A stretch of DNA of 64,000 nt from Candidatus Calescibacterium sp. (GTDB taxonomy: Bacteria > Calescibacteriota > Calescibacteriia > Calescibacteriales > Calescibacteriaceae): the NCBI GenBank assembly GCA_032249135.1, contig JAVVGL010000008.1, positions 3,211 to 67,210 of the forward strand. Reading direction: 5' to 3'. A program made the translations under genes and the position numbers. This document shows positions 45,910 through 55,776 of the stretch, one piece after another. Positions within the stretch are counted from its first letter, which is position 1; every line of letters begins with the position of its first letter. A model generated the notes under the pieces. That model was not told where the DNA came from, did no database searches, and was given only the letters and a program-made list of their open reading frames with translations.

Positions 45910-46753
45910 TCACAATATCTATAAGCTCTTTTGTTATTGCTTCCTGTCTTGCTTTGTTCATTTGTAAGGTCAAAACTTTTATCAACCTGTCTGAGTTTTG
46001 TGTAGCCATATCCATCGCTCTCATTCTCATAGCATGTTCTGATGTGATTGAGGATTGAAATATATAGAAAAGTTTTGCTTTCAGGAAAGCTTCTGAAAAG
46101 AAATCTAAAAGTTTTTCCCGAGAAGGTTCAAAAATTCTTTTTGGTCCCCAGGTTTCATATATATAAATGGGATATATTTTCTCACAAGTTGGGATTTGAG
46201 TTCCCGCACTCTTGAATAAAGTAAAGATACAATAAACCTCTAAATTCCATCCGTCTTCTTCCATTCTCTTTTTTATTTCTGATGAAAGTTCATCATATAC
46301 TTTTTCAATTTTCTCATATGATAAGTCTCTCCAAAAATCTCTGAATTCTTTTACATTTTTGTATTTTTTAGAGAGAAATCTTGCTACACGAGTTCCGAAA
46401 GCCCATATGATATCATCTTGTTTTATATAATATTGAGCAAGTCTTAAAATATTACTATTGAAAGCTCCGCAAAGTCCTCTGTCTGAACCTAAAATTATGT
46501 ATAGCCTTTTGATCTTATCAGAATTCTTACTTTCGTTGAATTTCATATCAATCAAAAATTCTTCTTTTGGTTCATAAGAAACCGAGAAGATTTTCTCTAA
46601 GTTTTCAATAAATTCTTTTGAATTCAAAAGTATAGGTTGAGCTTTTCTTAACCTCACAGATGCAACGGTTTTCATAGCTTTTGTGAGCTTCCTTATGTTC
46701 CTTACTGCTCTTATTCTTTTCCTTAAAAATTTTATCCCGCCCTTTAGAGCCAT
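45875..46753 (-). CDS. atpG: F-type ATP synthase gamma subunit
   Basis: LRKRIRAVRNIRKLTKAMKTVASVRLRKAQ, GSDRGLCGAFNSN, and C-terminal MNKARQEAITKELIDIVNG. The start is uncertain (ATG 46753 or TTG 46774). Confidence 0.85.
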   Translation of the reverse strand: MALKGGIKFLRKRIRAVRNIRKLTKAMKTVASVRLRKAQPILLNSKEFIENLEKIFSVSYEPKEEFLIDMKFNESKNSDKIKRLYIILGSDRGLCGAFNSNILRLAQYYIKQDDIIWAFGTRVARFLSKKYKNVKEFRDFWRDLSYEKIEKVYDELSSEIKKRMEEDGWNLEVYCIFTLFKSAGTQIPTCEKIYPIYIYETWGPKRIFEPSREKLLDFFSEAFLKAKLFYIFQSSITSEHAMRMRAMDMATQNSDRLIKVLTLQMNKARQEAITKELIDIVNGKNALEAQAI

Positions 46754-46856
46754 ATTCTGAAAAATAATATCCAAAATAAGAGTTTTTAGAATATTCCAAA
46801 AAATTTTGCTCTGTTTTGTCCAGTTTATTTTCTATATCTTTTTTATTTTTTGCGTA

Positions 46857-47858
46857 TCATTTTCCATATATAGCTTCTCGTGGATGAAAACCTGATTTTA
46901 TTATCACATCATCTATTGTTTGGATTGAAACAAGGTGTACTGGTATCAAGATAACTTTAACATCAACTTTTCCGTTGTTCATTTTCTCATTATACTGTGG
47001 AGTTTTTCCTTGGGAAAGTGCATAAGCAACACGGGCAGCGGATCTTGCAAGTGGTTCTATTGGTTTTAATATATCTATGGTTTGTTTTCTTTTCACAATT
47101 AACCTGCAATTTTCAAGGTCAGCATCTGCTCCTGCGGTAAAGATATTTTTTAAATCTAAACCTTCTTCCTCCAAAGCTTTTATTGCTCCTCTTATCAAAG
47201 ATGAGTTATTTGCTAATACAACATTTATATCTTTTGTCTTTTTGAGTAGTTCCTTCATAGTATTATACGATTCTTTTTCATCCCAATTTTCGTGATAAAA
47301 AATTCCTAATCTTTTCATTCCAGGATATTTATCTAAAATTAACAGATTTCCAGCTGTTATTTGTTTTGCAACTGAATGATCTTTGCCTCCGGACAAAATC
47401 ACATAATTTCCTTTGCCTCCCGTAAATTTAACTGCTTCTTGGGCTTGAATTATTCCTACCATTTTGCTATCGTGTGTGACGAAAAAATCAATATCTGCAT
47501 CGTATATTATTCTGTCGTATGCAACTACCTTTATTCCTTTTTGTGATATTTTCTGGATTTCAGAACTTATACCAGACGAATCAACAGGTTGTATGACAAG
47601 AACCTTTATACCTTTTCCCTCCAACATCCTGATGAGCTCTTTTTGTTTTTGGATTGAGTTACCTGCGTGTTCATAAAAAACTTTCATACCAAGTTTTTCT
47701 GCTTCATCTAAAAAAAACATCTTATCTTTTTTGTATCTTTCTTCTTTCTCTGTCGCAAGAATAAACCCAACTTTTATCTCATCAGAATACAAATTAAAAT
47801 GAAGAAAGAAGAAAAGAATGAAGAAAAGAAATAAAAACACTACAAAAAAATTTTTCAT
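46857..47858 (-). CDS. xylF: D-xylose-type sugar ABC transporter substrate-binding protein
   Basis: KVGFILATEKEERYKKDKMFFLDEAEKLGMKVF...GIKVVAYDRIIYDADIDFFVTHDSKMVG parallels E. coli XylF (KIGMAIDDLRLERWQKDRDIF...GIKVLAYDRMINDADIDFYISFDNEKVG). Confidence 0.75.
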   Translation of the reverse strand: MKNFFVVFLFLFFILFFFLHFNLYSDEIKVGFILATEKEERYKKDKMFFLDEAEKLGMKVFYEHAGNSIQKQKELIRMLEGKGIKVLVIQPVDSSGISSEIQKISQKGIKVVAYDRIIYDADIDFFVTHDSKMVGIIQAQEAVKFTGGKGNYVILSGGKDHSVAKQITAGNLLILDKYPGMKRLGIFYHENWDEKESYNTMKELLKKTKDINVVLANNSSLIRGAIKALEEEGLDLKNIFTAGADADLENCRLIVKRKQTIDILKPIEPLARSAARVAYALSQGKTPQYNEKMNNGKVDVKVILIPVHLVSIQTIDDVIIKSGFHPREAIYGK

Positions 47859-48092
47859 ATGAAAAAAATTTAAGGCAAATTAAGAAAAAAGTGAAAGAAA
47901 TTTGAAAGAAGCAAATCGGATATGAAAAAATTTGGGTGATTACTTAAAATTTTCTACTCATACCTTCTGATTTTACCGATAGATTTGTTTCCGCAAAGTG
48001 GGCAGAAGTTTAACGATTACCAAAATAAATTATCAGACCAAAATCATAATTTCTGAAAGTTTTTCTGATTTATTTTGATTTCATCATTATTA

Positions 48093-50276
48093 TTATTCCT
48101 TTATTTTCATCAGCATATCTTCTGGGGTATAAGATGGTGCTTTACATATCCACTCTGAACATACATATACTCTTACATCATCTTGTGGCGAAATATCAAT
48201 GTGTTTTATAAAAGTCAAATCTTTTATTCTTTCGCTGTATAGTATTACGATTTTGTTTGGAATGTATGTTTCTCTCAATTTATCAAAAAATGGTTCTACA
48301 CTTTTTGGTGTTTTACTATTATTTATTTCATGCTTTGGAGGAACTATTACTATCTCGTATGTCGGACCTGCGAGAAAATCTAATGCACAGAGTGTGTTAC
48401 CAAATCCAAAAGAAGAATTTTCAATATAATCAATAATGCTCATCAAGACACTTTCAGCTAAATTTTTGAATTTTTCTTTTCCCGTTATCTTGTAGAGCTT
48501 CAAAAGACAAATTATAGCCACAGAGTTTCCAGATGGTGTTGACAGATCATATAAATCTCTGATTTTTGATAAGACGTAATCTGAGTTTTCTTTTTCTTGC
48601 ATAAAGAAGCAGCTTTTTGACTCATCATAAAACTTTTCAATTAATTTTTCAGCGATTTCAACTGATATCTCCAAGAATTTTGTTTTTTGTGTTGAAAGAT
48701 AAAGTTCTAAAAGACCTTGTAGTAAAAAAGCCCAATCATCTAACATACCCTTAGTATAAACTTTTCCGTCTTTGAAGCAGTGATATAGATTTTCTCCGTC
48801 AAACATTTTTGATAAGATAAATTCTGCTGTGTTTTCTGCTGTTTTTATCATCTTTTCGTTTTTGAGTATAAATCCTGCTTTTGCAAGAGAGTAAATGAGG
48901 AGAGAATTCCAATCGGTAAGTATTTTTGTGTCTTTGAAAGGTGGAACTCTTTTTTTTCTTTCTTCTTTGAGTTTTTTTCTGCCCCATTCTATTATTTCTT
49001 CTATTTCTGATTTATTTTTTCTATAAAATTGAGCTATTTTGTCTTTGTTTGCTGATATGTGAAGGATATTTTTATTTCCAAAATGTGGTGTGTTTCCTGA
49101 AAAAGAAACTCCAAAATGTCTCATAAATATCTCTGATTTTAGATCATCTCCGATTACATTTTTTATTTCTTCAGCTGTCCAAAGATAGTATTTTCCTTCT
49201 TCTCCTTCTGATTCTGCATCTTGTGCTGAAAAAAATCCGGAAGTTTTTTCATCGTAAAGTTCCTCAAGAAGATATTCAAATGTTTCATCTACAACTCTTT
49301 TATACTCTGGTTTTTTTGTTATTTGGTATGCTTCTGAATATACATCAATAAGTTGAGCTTGATCATAAAGCATCTTTTCAAAATGTGGAATAAGAAATGC
49401 TCTATCTACTGTGTATCTGTGAAAACCTCCTCCTATTTGGTCATAAATTCCTCCTTGATGCATACTATCAAGTGTTTTTTCTACCATAAGGAGTGCTTTT
49501 TTATTTTTTGTTCTTTTCCAGTATCTCAATAGAAAGAGAAGGTTGGGAACATTTGGAAATTTTGCTCCTGATCCAAATCCTCCATATTCTTCATCAAAGG
49601 AGTTTTCAAGATCAAAAAAAGCTTTTTGCTCTAATTCAACTATTGACTTTGTACTTAATTTTGATTTATCTTTTGTTTCTGGGACCTCTTCGTTGATTTT
49701 GGTTATAAAATCCAGTATTTTGAGTCCATTTTGATATATTTTATCTTTTTCTTTCTCCCATATTTCTTTTATTTTTGGAATGAGGTCTGTGAGTCCTAAA
49801 ATTCCTCTTTGTGTTGTCGGGGGTAGATATGTTGCCACAAAAATCGGGAGACCATCGGGAGTGAGTATAACATTAAGGGGCCATCCGCAATTTCTGATTG
49901 TTATTTCGCATATCATCATAAAAATTCTATCAAGATCAGGTCTTTCTTCTCTATCTATCTTTATCGCAACAAAATTTTCGTTTATAAGTCTGGCTATTTC
50001 TGGGTTTGAAAAAGATTCTCTTTCCATCACATGACACCAGTGGCATGTTGAATACCCTATTGATACCAAAATCAATTTGTTTTCTTTTTTTGCTTTCTCA
50101 AATGCTTCCTTACACCATGGCCACCAGTCAACAGGATTATCTTCGTGCTGTTTTAGATAAGGGCTATTTTCAAAGTATAATCTGTTTTTTCCCGGTGGAG
50201 GATCTTTTAGAACATACTCTTTGCTCTCTAAAACCTCAATAAAATATTTTCTTTGATTTTGTTCTCCTTGAAACAT
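48093..50276 (-). CDS. Thioredoxin-domain protein of the DUF255/YyaL (SPATA20-like) family
   Basis: [43 protein letters not shown] at the N-terminus, with a long alpha/alpha-toroid-like remainder. Confidence 0.8.
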   Translation of the reverse strand: MFQGEQNQRKYFIEVLESKEYVLKDPPPGKNRLYFENSPYLKQHEDNPVDWWPWCKEAFEKAKKENKLILVSIGYSTCHWCHVMERESFSNPEIARLINENFVAIKIDREERPDLDRIFMMICEITIRNCGWPLNVILTPDGLPIFVATYLPPTTQRGILGLTDLIPKIKEIWEKEKDKIYQNGLKILDFITKINEEVPETKDKSKLSTKSIVELEQKAFFDLENSFDEEYGGFGSGAKFPNVPNLLFLLRYWKRTKNKKALLMVEKTLDSMHQGGIYDQIGGGFHRYTVDRAFLIPHFEKMLYDQAQLIDVYSEAYQITKKPEYKRVVDETFEYLLEELYDEKTSGFFSAQDAESEGEEGKYYLWTAEEIKNVIGDDLKSEIFMRHFGVSFSGNTPHFGNKNILHISANKDKIAQFYRKNKSEIEEIIEWGRKKLKEERKKRVPPFKDTKILTDWNSLLIYSLAKAGFILKNEKMIKTAENTAEFILSKMFDGENLYHCFKDGKVYTKGMLDDWAFLLQGLLELYLSTQKTKFLEISVEIAEKLIEKFYDESKSCFFMQEKENSDYVLSKIRDLYDLSTPSGNSVAIICLLKLYKITGKEKFKNLAESVLMSIIDYIENSSFGFGNTLCALDFLAGPTYEIVIVPPKHEINNSKTPKSVEPFFDKLRETYIPNKIVILYSERIKDLTFIKHIDISPQDDVRVYVCSEWICKAPSYTPEDMLMKIKE

Positions 50277-50379
50277 CAGTTAATTTTTGCTTTCTTGATT
50301 TTTTTTTCAGTTTCAGCAGATTTTTTGTTTTTCTTTGATTTATGTTTATTTTTAACTTTACTTATTTCTTTTTTGTTGT

Positions 50380-51807
50380 TTATTTCTTTTCTTGATTTTC
50401 TTCTATTTTTGGTTTGAGGTTTTCAATCTTTGAAATTATTTCTGTTATTCCTGGTGGGAAGATATAGACTGATTTTTCACTTTCTTCTGCTCCTATGATT
50501 CCTTTTTCTGTTTTATCTCCTAAAACGAGCAAGTATGGAGTTAATCTCCCATCTACATCTACTCTAACTCTTATTTTTGGAGTTTTTACAAATTTTGTTA
50601 TATCTGTGTTGTCTTCTACAAAATCAACAACTTCCACATTTGAAAGCTGTGATAATAAATCTTTCACTTGTGATGAATCTAATTCTTTCTTTTCGTTTCC
50701 GGACACAAGGTAGAATTTGTCTGTGTTTACTGGATCTCTTTGAATTATTGTTATTTTTTGTTCTCTTTCTATTGAGACATTTTTTACTCTCCACACATAA
50801 AATCCTAAGATTTTTCTTTCTCTGTAAAGGGATGCAAAGAGAGTGTTATAGAAATCTTTTTGAATTTCAACAGAGAATATGTTGGGTCTATCAGGTTTTT
50901 TTGCATATATTTTACCAGGTTGAATTTTGAGTAGAAGATTATATTTTTCTCCATCTGACATTGTAGCTTCAATTGAGAGATCCGGGTTTTCAAGACCATA
51001 AAGGTTTTGAGGGTGAGTGGAATCTGAAACGAATTCTGTTATTTTTATTCCATTTATTGCATAAAGTAGGTCTCTTACTTGGCTTTCCCTTGCTTTGACA
51101 TATGTTGTATTTTCTGGAAATCTTATATACCAATCTCCTCCTTCTCTTTTCTCAAATATATACTCTTTTTTGTTTGCAGCTTCTTCTTGTTTTCCGTTTT
51201 TTACTATCACAAGTTTTTTGACATCTGGGACGACAAAGTCCATAGGTTTCTTTTCTCTGAAATCTTGTAAATTTTTATCTATTACTGCTTCCAGAGATGC
51301 GCTTATGAGGACTATTCTGTTTTCTGGGTCATCTTCTCTTTTTGCGTAAATGCTGTATCCAACTTTTGATTTTTCTCCTATAAGTATAACTATGCTTTTT
51401 TCTTCTTCTTTTTCGTCTTTTACTTTGAGCTCAACTTTGAATCTTGGTGGTATGAAACCGAATTCTTTTAGTTTTTCTTCATCTACTACATTTTTCTCAA
51501 TAACTCTTTCTATTTCAATTGATGAGTATCTTGAAGCTATTGGATTTACGGAAAATTTATCTGCCTCTGCCCATATGGGATATATTATATCCCACTTTGA
51601 ATTTACTCTTTTGAACCCAATTTTTTCTCCATTTTGCTTTGTAATCCATATTTCACTTATTTTTGAACTATCTACATTTACGATTTTCTTCTCTTGTTCT
51701 TCTTTTTGTTTTTTCTTCTCCTCTGATGGTTTTATAACAAGAAAATATACTCCTAAAATGACCAAAAAAGCAACCAAAAGAATGATCGTTTGTCTGAAAA
51801 CTCTCAT
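50380..51807 (-). CDS. DUF4340-like protein (usual GldG partner)
   Basis: An N-terminal TM anchor, about 475 aa, located immediately downstream of the gldG-like gene. The assignment rests on architecture and context. Confidence 0.45.
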   Translation of the reverse strand: MRVFRQTIILLVAFLVILGVYFLVIKPSEEKKKQKEEQEKKIVNVDSSKISEIWITKQNGEKIGFKRVNSKWDIIYPIWAEADKFSVNPIASRYSSIEIERVIEKNVVDEEKLKEFGFIPPRFKVELKVKDEKEEEKSIVILIGEKSKVGYSIYAKREDDPENRIVLISASLEAVIDKNLQDFREKKPMDFVVPDVKKLVIVKNGKQEEAANKKEYIFEKREGGDWYIRFPENTTYVKARESQVRDLLYAINGIKITEFVSDSTHPQNLYGLENPDLSIEATMSDGEKYNLLLKIQPGKIYAKKPDRPNIFSVEIQKDFYNTLFASLYRERKILGFYVWRVKNVSIEREQKITIIQRDPVNTDKFYLVSGNEKKELDSSQVKDLLSQLSNVEVVDFVEDNTDITKFVKTPKIRVRVDVDGRLTPYLLVLGDKTEKGIIGAEESEKSVYIFPPGITEIISKIENLKPKIEENQEKK

Positions 51808-51881
51808 GGTTTATACTTTTTTCTTTTTCTTTTTTTTACATGTAATTTCTTTAAATGTAATTTCTGGAATTATTTTTATAA

Positions 51882-53312
51882 TTATAATTTTCTTTTTCTG
51901 ATATACATTACAATTGCCAATGCAAAGGAAATTGTTGGTAAAGCAATAAGGAATATGTTTCTTAGCGTTGATATGTTCTTTGGAGTAAGAACCAGAGTTC
52001 TTGCTTTTCTTTCTTTTGGTCTTATTGATATGAGTTCTCCTCTTTCTGCCACCCAATTTACTGCATTCAAAATAAGGTCTTTATTTCCAAGAATTTCTAT
52101 CATACCATTTGAGATAAAATCAGAGTCTCCGAATACGACTAATCTTGCTTGTGTAGTTACCGGGTTTTGCATCGTTCCATATACTGCTTCACCACCTTTT
52201 GTTCCCGGAATTCCAGATGCTGCGACTGCAACTGGAACGGGACCTTTTATATCTTGAGGGTCGAATTTTACTTGCCCTGATTGCCAATCAAAATCAGCCC
52301 ACGAGTTTTCTGATGTTTTAGCTATTTCGGTTGCATCTACTCCTGAAACATTCTTTGATATGAATACTCTTCTTGCTGTTCTCATAAGAACACCGAATCT
52401 GAAATCTTTTGTTATTGGGTGCTCATTATCATAATTTACTATTATGGGATGAGCAGGAGAAGCGCCAACGGCTCTGGAAGCAAGGTCTATTATAAGAGAT
52501 TTATCTAACTCTATTCCCCATGCTTTTACTATTTCAGCTATATTGTCTTTTGAGTCTGGGTCAGAGAGAAATATTGCTCTTCCGCCTGTCATAAGATAAT
52601 CTGAAATTTTTGTTATTTCATCGGGAGTGAATCCAATCTGTGGTCCGGCAATTATTAGCACATCGCAAACAGATTCTATTGGAGTTGGATCCCATGTTCT
52701 TATTTTTCCAACTTGAAAACCTTCATTTCTGAGAAATTCTCCTAATTTTGATATTCCTAAAATTTCGGTGTCGTTTGGGTCTTTTTCACCGTGTCCTTCT
52801 GTGAAACAAACTCTTGGTTCTATAACCCTTACTATTTTCAGTATAGCGTTTGAGATTTGGCTTTCAGGGGATTTATCTTTGTCTTGCATGTTTATATCTA
52901 ATTTTATTGTCTTTTCTCCATATGATATAACAACAGTTCCGAGTGTTTTTATTTCATATTTTGTTGCAAGTTGAGGTTTTTTTTCCGGATCTATGATTTC
53001 CCATTTTATGCTTTTTGAGTTATATTCGTATTGCCTCATAAGTCTTTCAAATTCTCTTGTTTCTTCGTCTCCTTCTCGCATGAATGCAATTATTTCAAGT
53101 TTTTTATTTTCAACTTTGGCTTTCTGATCAAGTTCCTTTAGTATTTTTTTTGTTTGGTCAGAAAGGGAAAGAAGTTTTTCTTCTGTCATGTCTTTTAAAA
53201 TATAGTATTTATTTGAGATTATATTCACCACAACCAATATTCCAATAAGTAAAGCGAAAGAGACACCAAAATTTGACCAAAAAGAAACCTCTCTTTTTGT
53301 TATCTTCGGCAT
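51882..53312 (-). CDS. gldG: GldG-like ABC-transport auxiliary component
   Basis: N- and C-terminal TM helices bracket a large periplasmic domain. The LKDMTEEKLLSLSDQTKKILKEL start is typical of GldG-family proteins. Confidence 0.6.
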   Translation of the reverse strand: MPKITKREVSFWSNFGVSFALLIGILVVVNIISNKYYILKDMTEEKLLSLSDQTKKILKELDQKAKVENKKLEIIAFMREGDEETREFERLMRQYEYNSKSIKWEIIDPEKKPQLATKYEIKTLGTVVISYGEKTIKLDINMQDKDKSPESQISNAILKIVRVIEPRVCFTEGHGEKDPNDTEILGISKLGEFLRNEGFQVGKIRTWDPTPIESVCDVLIIAGPQIGFTPDEITKISDYLMTGGRAIFLSDPDSKDNIAEIVKAWGIELDKSLIIDLASRAVGASPAHPIIVNYDNEHPITKDFRFGVLMRTARRVFISKNVSGVDATEIAKTSENSWADFDWQSGQVKFDPQDIKGPVPVAVAASGIPGTKGGEAVYGTMQNPVTTQARLVVFGDSDFISNGMIEILGNKDLILNAVNWVAERGELISIRPKERKARTLVLTPKNISTLRNIFLIALPTISFALAIVMYIRKRKL

Positions 53313-53445
53313 AATATTATTTTCCTTATATCTCTTTAATATATTTTATTGATTAGTCAAAAAAATTCCAAAAATAAAGGAAAAGGTATGAAGAATTGTT
53401 TAAAAATTATGTATTTGAATTTGAATTCGGAAAATTAAATTTATT

Positions 53446-54030
53446 ATGTGCTTGAAGAAAATAAATATTTTGTTTATTTTGGGTATTGTTGTGGGTTTGT
53501 TATCTTTTTTTTATTTTTATTCTATCGGTTCTCTTTCGTTTGCTCAGCAACAGAGGCAAGGTCTGAAAATAGCTTATGTTGATATAGCTAAGGTTATTCA
53601 GGAAGCTGAAGCCGCTCAGGAGGCAAAAAGGAAACTACAAGGAGAGTATGAAAGAAGACAGGCAGAACTAAAAAAGATGCAAGATGAAATTCTGAAAATG
53701 CAAGATGATTTTATGAGTAAAGTAAAGTTTATGAGTCAGCAGGAGGCAGATAAAAAGAAAGCAGAGATTGAAGCTAAGCAGAACGAGTTCATGCAAAAAT
53801 TGAGACAAGCTGAACTTGAAATCCAAAGTCTTGATGCTAAACTCACCCAGGGCGTAATAGAAGATATAAGAAAAATAGTAGAAAGGATTGCTCAAAGAGA
53901 GGGATACGATATTGTGCTGGAAAAAAATCAAATAATTTATGTTAAAGACGCTGATGATATAACTTTCAGAATAATAGATGAGTACAATAAATCTTGGAGA
54001 AAAGAAAAAGAAAAGAGGGAAAAGAAATAA
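53446..54030 (+). CDS. skp: OmpH/Skp periplasmic chaperone
   Basis: Signal peptide, KIAYVDIAKVIQE, a long coiled-coil K/E/Q-rich arm, and a position directly upstream of lpxD. Confidence 0.65.
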   Translation: MCLKKINILFILGIVVGLLSFFYFYSIGSLSFAQQQRQGLKIAYVDIAKVIQEAEAAQEAKRKLQGEYERRQAELKKMQDEILKMQDDFMSKVKFMSQQEADKKKAEIEAKQNEFMQKLRQAELEIQSLDAKLTQGVIEDIRKIVERIAQREGYDIVLEKNQIIYVKDADDITFRIIDEYNKSWRKEKEKREKK

Positions 54031-54072
54031 AATTTTGGTAAGTGTAATCACTAAAATTGGTATGAGCAAATA

Positions 54073-55143
54073 ATGGAAAAATCTTTCAGTTTAAAATATA
54101 TAGCTGATTTCCTATCCGGCGAGCTTATAGGCGATCCCGATGAAAGGGTTTTTTCACCAAAAAATATAGAGGAAGCAAAAGAAGGAGATATTTCCTTTTT
54201 GGTAAATCCAAAATATGAAAAATTTCTTGAAAAAACATCTGCAACTTGTCTTGTGGTAGAGAAAGGTTTCTTCCTGAAAAAAAAAGATAAAATAGAATCC
54301 GGAAAAATAAAGACAAAGAACTTCATAGAGGTTGAAAATCCTTACATTTCTATGATAAAACTTTTGTCTCTGTGGGAGTACAAATCTTCTTTTCCGGAAG
54401 GTGCAGAAAATCTGTCTTTTATTTCTAAATCTGCAAAAATAGGGAAAGATTGCCTTATTTTTCCTTTCTGCTACATAGGTGATGACGCTGAAGTAGGTGA
54501 AAACTCTATTTTGTTCCCCGGTGTTTTCGTGGGAGATAAATCTAAAATAGGGAAAGGAGTCGTTGTTTTTCCAAATGCTGTTATATATCCATTTACGGAA
54601 ATAGGCGATAATTCAATAATTCATGCAGGAGCAGTAATAGGAGCTGATGGGTTTGGATACATTTCTTATTTTGGAGATATACTGAAAATACCACAAGTTG
54701 GTAAAGTGAAGATAGGAAGTAGAGTTGAAATTGGAGCTAACTCCTGTGTAGATAGAGCTACTATGGGGCAGACAGAAATAGGAGATGATGTCAAAATAGA
54801 TAATCTTGTCCAAATAGCTCATAATGTCAAAATAGGAAAGGGGACAAGAATAGCTGCTTTGTGTGGTGTAGCAGGTAGCTCTAAAATAGGAGAATATTGC
54901 GTCTTTGGAGGTCAGGTAGGAGTTGTAGATCATGTAAGTGTAGGGGATTTTTCCATAGTTGCTGCAAGAGCTGCGATTATTTCTGATGTGGAAGGCGGAA
55001 AAGTAATAATGGGAGAACCTGCTATGGATAGAGCGAAATTTCTAAAAATTCACGCTTTATATCTTAAACTCCCTGAAATCTATGAAAAAATCAAAAAACT
55101 TGAGTCAGAAATTCGAGAACTGAAAAATAAAGAGAAAAAATAA
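54073..55143 (+). CDS. lpxD: UDP-3-O-acylglucosamine N-acyltransferase
   Basis: N-terminal [17 protein letters not shown], many hexapeptide repeats, and [12 protein letters not shown]. Confidence 0.85.
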   Translation: MEKSFSLKYIADFLSGELIGDPDERVFSPKNIEEAKEGDISFLVNPKYEKFLEKTSATCLVVEKGFFLKKKDKIESGKIKTKNFIEVENPYISMIKLLSLWEYKSSFPEGAENLSFISKSAKIGKDCLIFPFCYIGDDAEVGENSILFPGVFVGDKSKIGKGVVVFPNAVIYPFTEIGDNSIIHAGAVIGADGFGYISYFGDILKIPQVGKVKIGSRVEIGANSCVDRATMGQTEIGDDVKIDNLVQIAHNVKIGKGTRIAALCGVAGSSKIGEYCVFGGQVGVVDHVSVGDFSIVAARAAIISDVEGGKVIMGEPAMDRAKFLKIHALYLKLPEIYEKIKKLESEIRELKNKEKK

Positions 55144-55189
55144 AGAAAACTACAAGAATAAAAATAAGACACACGAAAAATAAAAAAAG

Positions 55190-55204
55190 TGGGTAGGTTG
55201 GGGC
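55190..55204. repeat. Left arm of a 15-bp perfect GC-rich inverted repeat
   Basis: tgggtaggttggggc at 55190-55204. Its exact reverse complement lies at 55525-55539. Confidence 0.8.
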
Positions 55205-55230
55205 AAGTGTAAAAAGTTAATTTTTAATTA

Positions 55231-55452
55231 TTATTGTTTTGGTGCTTCTTCTTTCTTTTCTTCTTTTTTGTGTTCTTTTTTCTTATGTTCCTTCTTTGCT
55301 TTTTCTTCTTTTTTCTCTTCTTTCTTTGGCTCAGCCTGCTGTTGCTGTTGTGGCTGAGCTGGCTGTTCCCCAGGTTCCTGGGCAAAAACAATACCGCTTG
55401 ATACTCCGATGAAGCTAACTAATGTAATTAAAGAAAGTATTTTCTTTACCAT
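55231..55452 (-). CDS. Small secreted Q/K/E/H-rich protein (73 aa)
   Basis: The signal peptide MVKKILSLITLVSFIGVSSGIVFA is followed by QEPGEQPAQPQQQQQAEPKKEEKKEEKAKKEHKKKEHKK. A strong SD (GGAGGTG) lies upstream of the ATG. Confidence 0.6.
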   Translation of the reverse strand: MVKKILSLITLVSFIGVSSGIVFAQEPGEQPAQPQQQQQAEPKKEEKKEEKAKKEHKKKEHKKEEKKEEAPKQ

Positions 55453-55524
55453 GTTTTTTCACCTCCTTTCTTTGTTTTTTGTTGATATTTTTATGAAAAA
55501 GAAAAGAAAGAGAGAGTATAGTTA

Positions 55525-55539
55525 GCCCCAACCTACCCA
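55525..55539. repeat. Right arm of the 15-bp perfect inverted repeat
   Basis: gccccaacctaccca at 55525-55539, 73 nt upstream of the small gene's start codon. Confidence 0.8.
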
Positions 55540-55776
55540 TGTATATTAGGAAATATGGTTTAATAAACAATTTATTTTTGTGTTATTTTTCAATTTTTTT
55601 TTCTTTTTTATTTTTGTGCGAAATTTTGGAATTGTAAGTGTTTGTGATTGAAAGATTTGAATGGAAAATATTGCAGAAAATATCGGTTAGTGAGGTAATA
55701 TTTCGGATAATTTCATACTTTTGGATCAGATTGTAAAATTTGATAGTAGAAAAAATAAAAAAGGAGGTTTGAAGAT

